This document shows positions 55,956 through 64,000 of a stretch of 64,000 bases of DNA, piece after piece. Position numbers and translations under genes: made by a program. The stretch covers positions 62,001 to 126,000 of the forward strand of contig NC_090597.1 in NCBI RefSeq assembly GCF_000497125.1. Reading direction: 5' to 3'. Source of the DNA: Spironucleus salmonicida. Lineage: Eukaryota. Numbering within the stretch: the stretch's first letter is position 1; each line of letters opens with the position of its first letter. The notes under the pieces are model-generated. The model was given only the letters and a program-made list of their open reading frames with translations, had not been told where the DNA came from and searched no databases.

Positions 55956-58613
55956 TTTGTGATAGGTAAAATTAGATTTAATTGAAAGTTATAGGATAAT
56001 ATGAATGTTAGAAAATTTTAATTATACTAATATCAGATGAAATCCTGTATTAAATATGATTAAAAACTGAGTACATCGCCTCAGAATGCTAGTTTTTTAA
56101 TAGTTTTTTAATAATTAAGTGTGTATATGCAATAGAATAATAATTATATTGGTTATTTATGTTTGGCTGATTAATAATCTTATTAAATGACAGTTAAGTA
56201 GTTAGTTATTATAGTGTATTAATTCGTATATAGAAACTGATCCTCTCTAAAATTCATAATAATAAATATAAATAAATAGTAAAAACTAAATTAGTTATAT
56301 ACAATGATTAGTCTTTGCTAAATATAATATATTAAAAAAAAATTAATATACCTATATGTTATAAGCTCTTAATATATGAGTTATTTATAATTCTATTTAT
56401 AGCAGCACATATTAAAACTTTATATTTGGTTATTAAATACATCCATATAAATCTATTTTAATATTACTAATAATATCCTATTTGTAACTTATTATTTGAT
56501 TTAATTTTATACCCATTTTATAACTATTAACAACTAATCCATTCAAATAATATTATAATAATAAATATGATAAATAAATCTGAATTTGCTAACTTTTATA
56601 ATTCATACTATGTTTTCTTGTATTAATAGCAGTTTGCTAATATTAATTGTGAATAAATTAATGTAGATGATTTTAATAATACATTACAATAATGTTATCA
56701 ACGAAAATAATGTAGTGTAACTTACTAAATAATAACCAATACCTAGAGAATATTAAAGATGATTATAATTTTATATATTAATTATTATATAATAAATATA
56801 ATCTAATTTAAATAGTAACGAGATTACTAAATTAAAAAATATTAATATGAATCTATTAACACATTGCATCTGACTAACTATTAATTAAACATAATAAAAA
56901 TATCATGAACTAGTTTATTTTTTAGGCATTAATAATTTCTTTATTATTTATATAACCCTTTTATTAAATATATTGAACCTTGCTACCTCTTAGTGAGGTT
57001 AATATGCATTATGCACGTTTATAATAATCATTTTTTATAATAATAAAATACTCATATTTATTGAAATTTATCTCTTAATAATTATATGGCTACAGCTTAT
57101 TTCGCATGGAAATAGAAAAAGAGACAATATCATCAGACTTTAATTATCCAAACACTTATATTTTCTGTTAATATTCTCGAAAAATATTCCATATAGAATC
57201 CCTTGTTGCAATTGATTGAAAGTACAATATTAAACTAACAATTACCAAATATCTGATATGCTACGGATAAATTACTCTATATAGTACTTAAGCTACCATA
57301 GTTGTAGATAATAAACTTCCATAAATCTATAACCATTGTATCGTGATTCTATTAAAGCTTTCAGTATTATAATGCTCGCATAGTATTTATAATAAATATG
57401 AAAAAATAATATGCATCGTATTTAAACAATGTAAGATATCTTCAAATCTAGTCATCCTCTTGATTATGATATATTAGTACAAACTTTTGCAGTATTCACG
57501 GTAAGTATCTAGTTTAGTAAACTAGTGTCGTATTTATTTAAGTATATAAATAGGGACAGAAATGAGTTCCATCCCAAGATATCAATATACCGATACCAAA
57601 TTATATTCATGCAGATTGTATTAGGTTACCAAATTCTACGCTCACGTTTATTTTCAAACTTTCAGACAAATTTTGCATTTACTCTATTTTTATACATACA
57701 TATTTTACTTTATTAAAACTAATATTTTTCTCTTTCATTTTAAAATTAATTATTAATATTATATATTTAACCATAAATTTCACAAAAATATGAAATCTGA
57801 CCTTCGCGAAATGAGGTCCGACCCAACTCTACAAAACTAAACAAACTACAACTTTAAGTTATTCGATATCCATAATAACTATCACTATCACCCCTCACAT
57901 CCATGATTCATCAAATCTTCCTTACCAAACTTTGTCCCAAGAATCCAAAATACAATTCATGGGATAATTACCAGATGTATATCACATTTTGTATCATAAA
58001 TTATTAGATTCATGTTGTACAAATATGATCTGCTTACTGATAGATCGTATAATAAGGCATATAAGTCGTACTGAAAACCGCCAATTTCAGAGTCATGATA
58101 ATTAAGGGCTGGAATTGGTAGATCTTTTGTTTTGATAACAACTGCTTACTAATAAATCAGGATTTGTAGTCAATTGAATTTTTATATATGGTACATCTTA
58201 TTTTCATAAATTTACGTTATTATTGTCTAATTTATATAGAGTATAGCTTTTGGCATATCATTGACAACTAAAATAAGTTTACTTAATTCATCTCGAAGAT
58301 AATAGTATCCTGTATAGTCTAGCAAATCATACTGAAAATATTTGTTTGCTTAATAGTAAATATACATTTAAAATATGACTTGTAAGAATACTAAAATGTA
58401 TATAAATGTTAAGTTCCTAGTAATTGGCTTGTTAACCTAGCTGCTAACATTTAAATACCATATATGTGTTCATAATAATTTTTATAATTATTATATTTCT
58501 TACTGAACCTTATTTCTGTGCTATTTCATTATTATAAATAATAAGATACTAATTCTAAAAATAACTTACGCATTTCTGTTGTTAATATAATACCTATTTT
58601 TCCATTTCAGTAT

Positions 58614-59584
58614 ATGACAGGAACCTGCTCTGCTTCAGCTAATAACTGTGCTAATTCAAATTATTGTCCTCTGCAACCCCAAACCGATACCCCATGTATC
58701 CCTTGCTCGGAAAACTAGCCTTTTGAAACATCATGTAAATGCTCCATGAGTAAAAATCCAATACTCAATTATGCATCTTGCGATGGTGAAAAATGTGCAT
58801 CATGTATTAATTCTTTTTCTTAAGCGGCGAGTCATGTAAGTTCTGCAAGGAAACTTGTTTAAAATGTATTAGCAAGGACATATGTCAAAGATGCGTGTCT
58901 GGTATGTATGATGCATTAACAATGTGTACAGCATGTAATAAAAATATTCCAATCAATAGCAAATGTCAGTGCGGAACTAAATTAATTGCGAATTGTGCTT
59001 AATGCGACTTTGAGGATTGTATAGAATGTCGTAATAACTACAAATTGGTAAATGGTGTTTGTTTGCCAGATCAATGTTAAACTGACTCATAGTGCTCCAA
59101 TTTATAATTTTGTGACATTAGTACTACATAAATCAACGTTTGCAAATAATGCTCCAAAATCTGTAAAACATGTTCAAATATTGAAACATCATGTACATCT
59201 TGCAATATTGACTAATTTTTATCTAATAATGCATGCAGACCTTGTGATACAGGTACGATTATTGGTTTCCAATGCTAGTGCTAAAATATGATGATTAAAA
59301 ACTGTTCTAAATGCGGAGTAGTAGGTTGTTAGTCTTGTTTAATGCCTCGTAGATTAATAGACGGAAAGTGTATCAACTGTTTAACATCACCAGAAGAATG
59401 CTAAATAGTTGCATCTACTAATATTATTATATATATCGTCGTAGGCGTAATATCAACATCAATTTTGGTTATTGGAATAGTAATTATAATATTAGTTATG
59501 AAAAGACGTAAATTAACGTTACTTTTGGAAATGAACATTGGTGCATTAGGAAAGAATAATAATTCAAGTGCATCGTTGTTTTGA
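58614..59584 (+). pseudogene. CRMP family Y-like gene with a single 1-nt frameshift
   Basis: MTGTCSASANNCANSNYCP...; Cys periodicity moves frame at the T-run ~58811-58821; TM IIIYIVVGVISTSILVIGIVIIILVM-KRRK; 971 nt to TGA. Could be a homopolymer sequencing error. Confidence 0.75.
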
Positions 59585-60885
59585 TCGTTAAACTTTGTGC
59601 GCATAATTGATTTAATAAAGCTAAAGAGAAATAAATATGAAATGTGAAAATAAGGTTTTGGAGAAAAATAATTTAAGTATAATCAAACATGCCAAGGTAA
59701 TAACTTAAATATTTATAATTACTCTATTTTGTAATAATACTTAGATAATAATAGTTATTAGTTTATGCAAAATCTAAGTCTTCTTATTTTATAGCTAATA
59801 ACAGTTACTAAGAAAATGAAATACTTTTTATTATATAACTTAAGTTACAAATAAATATTTAAAAATCACTAAATAAGATTGGCTTCCTAAGGCAAGCACT
59901 CTACAGAATTAAATATATTTAATTATGATTTACTACATCGTTGAAATTAGATTTAGTATATATTTTTATTCTTATGTAAAACTATTATCATGGCTAACTA
60001 ATAATTTCTAAATATATTATTCAAATCTGGCGTAATAAAATAGTTAGTGCATCACAATGAATATAATAGCAGCATATATTATTAAAAATAAATGTTATAT
60101 ATCAGAATCTACAATTAATGTATTTTATTGGCCGGAATGTGATAAAATTCTATTAACATTATTACTAACTATAAGATATCTCTTTCCGAAATTAAATGTT
60201 TTTTTAATTGTTTTACAAGTGAAATAAAATGACAATAGTTTTATAATTCTGACGCTAGTAGTATACATTTAAGAATTATGCAAAGTATACAATTTATATA
60301 TTGTATCCGACTATATTATATTTTCTATATAAATTGTGATTATATTTATTACTCAAAATTATATCTTAATAGTTATATAAAAGATAAGACAATATGTTGA
60401 ATTTACTCCGGATTTTACCATTTTGTGATTAAATTATCTGCAAACATGTAAATATATAAAATGACATAAATGTTATTATTTTAAGCTTTAGTTTAATAAA
60501 TATATTCTAACAATAACACATATAAAATAAAAAGACTACCGATTAACAATATTAGAACACAACTTAAAAATAAGATAACAGGAAGAGTATGTATCATTGG
60601 TAATACTAACAAAAATAATTTTAAACGTAAAGTATAATAAACATATAGCCAGTAATATAATTTTATTAATTTCATTAGACTAATGCTGAGTAAATGTATC
60701 GTTAGTTTCATGATAAAAGTTAAAATTGTAAAAATATTTCTCAAAATAAAGTAAATAATTTATCCATACTTTACAATATATTATCCAGATACTGTACCTA
60801 GTCTTAAGTTTAAGTATAAATATTATACTCTACTAATAATTAATGTGATACCACTGACATAATAACAAAATTTACTATTTAGAAA

Positions 60886-61731
60886 ATGCTTGGTATCCTC
60901 CTAGCGTAGTATCCAATAGTACTTATCCATGGTTTTTCATCATCCGCATACTATATGTCTTAGATGAAATCTATCATATCACGAGAAATGCCTGATGCGC
61001 CAGTAATCAACTGTGAGATTGGAAATGGTTATTGGACTTCCATATTCATGGATGTCTCTAAGTAGGTTAATCTTCTTGCATAATGTATCATAGACCATAA
61101 TGTTAGCGAAAGTGGATATATTGGTGTTGGTCACAGTTAAGGTGCTTACCTAATGAGAACCTTGTTGGAGGAGCACAATCACAAGATGTCCCCAATGATA
61201 AGATTAATCTCCTTATCAGGGCCGCAGGGTGGCTTTTTCTGTGGAGTAAAATCAAAATGCAAAGGCCAATACCTCAGTTGGTTCTAAAAGAAAATAGTAT
61301 TCTGGTTAGAGTATTCAAGATTAGGCCAATATGCTGTTGTTGCTTCTTAGTATTGGAGAAATCCGTATAAATTATAGTCGTATGCAAAATATGCGAAGTC
61401 ACTCCCATTAGTTGACAATATCCGTGACTTTGACAATTAGAGAAAAACAAACTTCATGTCCGTTGATAAAATAGTGCTATTTGGTGGACCTACTGATGAG
61501 GTTATTAGTCCATGGTAAAGTGCTTTCTTTGGAACTTGGAAGGATGGGACTGATGCAGAAGTTGACCTTTATAATGAACGCGAGGAATATAAACAAGATA
61601 CTTTTGGTTTAAAATCTATGGTCGAACAGAATAGAGTATTCTTTGAAGAAACAGATTTGCATCATGGAGATTATATAACTGACGAAAATTTCATTGTTAC
61701 CAGACTTGTCCCATATTTAAAAACAAACTGA
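60886..61731 (+). CDS. Palmitoyl-protein thioesterase (PPT1/PPT2 family, 281 aa), copy 2
   Basis: PIVLIHG; nucleophile elbow GVGHSQG (Q=TAA 61138-40); LISLSGPQGG; QYWRNPY; DEVISPWQSAFFG; HGDY; TGA 61729-31. Confidence 0.92.
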
Positions 61732-62099
61732 GAATTTATTTATTATTAAAATATAATACTTCTGACAGCTAAATTATTATACAGTAAAAAGTAACCATAG
61801 AATCGTTAAAAATATCTCACTAACTACATATATTTCCAAATTTGAAAAATCAGCAAATAATTAATTATGAGATTTAATTGCCTAGTTTCAAGGCAGGTTA
61901 CTATCTACAATTTGTATCAAATATCGTTTACAATAGTATAAGTATCATTATATCACGTGCAACAAACTATAAACTATTAAACTCACAGATATCCAAACCA
62001 ATACTAAGAAATACTTTCAACTTTATACTATATTCGCATAAAAGATTAATTGGTCATTAAATAGTCTTCACTTTGTCACTTATATTACAACAGTAGATA

Positions 62100-62900
62100 A
62101 ATGCTCGGCACAAAGTTATTCAGAGAGATGCTTATTTCCTAGGATTTTCACTAAACTTCCTATTTCACCTTCCATGTATCGCTTTCTAGTCCACTGCAGC
62201 CTCTTTTGACCAATTAGTACTACCTATTTATTAAAATCATCACAATAACAGAAAAACCTACAAGAGCAACTGAGATTACGAATATAATCCCAACGTTAAC
62301 TTTTATTTCATAACTGCAGTACCTGATGCAGAATCCTCCAGTTTTGACACTCCAAATAGTTGCTATAACCGTATAAGGTACAGTTCTGCTAAAGATCCAT
62401 ACAGTTGTAGCATATGTCGCTAATTATGACTTTGTAATGTTTACAGACCTATCTTTCTCCGAAAATGGAGTAATTCCAGCCATGCAAAGTTACACTATTG
62501 AGGCTAGCTAAGTTGAGATCTTTCAACGTAAAGTAGGTCAGGCAAGCAGTATACTCGTTGTAATCGTAGGTGGTACAGTTTCTCTGGCTGTTTTAGCACC
62601 TGTACACGGCGATGATGTCGATATCCTTGCAGTACTGGTTAATTTACAGCGTATTATATTCTAGAATAAGATATTTTAGATCACTGACGAACAGGTAGGG
62701 GCCGCTGCACTTCAGGTAGATAATCGACAAAGAACATACCGCACAGTTCACCAGCTCACCGCAGGAGAGTTACTGCATTAATCCAGTTTTAACGCACTGG
62801 GAGCCCTGACATAGCTGATTTAGGTAGCTTTCATATTTTGCCAGACACGTGCCGTTCTAAATGTATTTTAAGCTATTTTTGGATGAAAAGTAGCCAATTG
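62100..62900 (-). pseudogene. Degenerate, 5'-truncated CRMP family X relic
   Basis: GYFSSKNSLKYIQNGTCL..QLCQGSQCVK..SCGELVNC..LKCSG..NQYCKDID aligns with family X; many Cys codons have become Tyr; frameshift before the TM remnant. Confidence 0.7.
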
Positions 62901-64000
62901 GCACATCCTGCCGATGTGGCGCAAAATATAACATAAAGCCAAATTGCGCGGGCTGCGACGGGGAGAGCTGCTGCAGCTGCACGCACGGTTACTTCTTCAC
63001 AGATGGAACGTGCAATATTTGCATCTCAAACTGCCTAATTTGCAGCGGTCCGTTAAATTGCAGCCAGTGCCTAAACGGCTATTTTGAGACACCGGAACGC
63101 TGCCTGCCGTGCGCTGCGAGCATGGAAATCGGCGTAAAATGCCAGTGCGGAAATGCAAAACTAGAGAACTGCGCTGAATGCAATGGGAATTCGTGCGCTA
63201 AGTGCAGGAGCGAATTCAAGCTGATTTCGGGAGGCTGCATTAAGGACCAGTGCTAGAGCGATGCAGACTGTGCAAAACCGGAGTTCTGTGCGGTTAGTCC
63301 CAGTGAGGTGAATTTGTGCAAGGCCTGCGGGAGCATGTGTCAATCCTGCACAGAAAATGAAAATAAGTGCTTAAGCTGCAAGAATGGTATGTTTTTGGAC
63401 TAGAATGTGTGTAAAACGTGTGGCACTAGCATAGCTGCTGGGGTTTAGTGTTAGTGCGGCGATATTCTGGTTGATAATTGCGGCAAATGTGGTGATAATG
63501 TCTGCGAAATCTGCGTCAGCGGGTTCAGATTAGAGGCTGATAAATGCACTTTGTGCTCAGAAGAATAGTAATTAGGACGTTACTGCACGTGCTAAGGCTT
63601 TAGCATAACAAATTGCATCTCCTGTGATGATATTGGGTGCAGCGCGTGCAAGACCCCTTTGACACTTAAGGGGTAGGTATGTCTAGCAGATGAGTGCTTA
63701 ATAGATTCTGAATGTAAAAGAGGGCAGTTTTGTTAAACAAGTAGTATTGTGACTAATGCATGCGTGAATTGTGCGGATAGCTGTGATTAATGTGAAGGTT
63801 CAGCTGAGAACTGCATATCCTGTGGTCCCAACAAGTTTTTAGTTAACGCAGTTTGCATAAATTGCAGCTTTAATTAGGAGCCGGGTGCTGCTTGCAACTG
63901 CGGTTTAATGAAGATTGAAAATTGTGGCTTATGCGGTGATAATGTGTGTAATTCGTGCATAAATGGATACCGTCCAGATAGTAACGCATGTGTTGCCTGC
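62891..64000 (+). pseudogene. 5'-truncated direct duplicate of the family Y CRMP (27861..28970), running off the window
   Basis: Constant offset of 35030 (ORFs 28131..28313 and 63161..63343 identical); begins at TAGCCAATTGGC and lacks the first 37 codons. Confidence 0.85.

Noticed and set aside
57790-58330. Possible decayed peptidase or third thioesterase relic on the minus strand (ILDSWDKVW-like remnant)
   Set aside because: Only a weak single motif with stops; needs tBLASTn.

Overview
AT-rich eukaryotic DNA from a hexamitid diplomonad (Spironucleus-like). TAA/TAG are read as Gln and only TGA stops, so the supplied standard-code ORF track fragments nearly every gene; all calls below were re-translated by hand with table 6. 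The window is a duplication-rich surface-protein region. It holds about 12 cysteine-rich membrane protein (CRMP/VSP-like) genes, pseudogenes and fragments, a pyruvate:ferredoxin oxidoreductase (PFOR) gene, histone H2A, two palmitoyl-protein thioesterases, and a type I membrane protein with an eroded paralog. PFOR sits between two 5.24-kb near-perfect inverted arms, each carrying a CRMP, a sugar O-acetyltransferase, a Tyr/Pro-rich ORF and a MATE transporter. At least five inverted duplications and one direct duplication are visible, several with breakpoints inside or at the ends of genes, producing chimeric CRMPs. The most novel-looking item is a ~1292-aa protein in which an ~820-aa Cys-rich ectodomain is fused to an SLC35F/DMT-like multi-pass transporter domain; it occurs as one intact and one recently inactivated copy. 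All family assignments rest on motif recognition by eye, not database searches.
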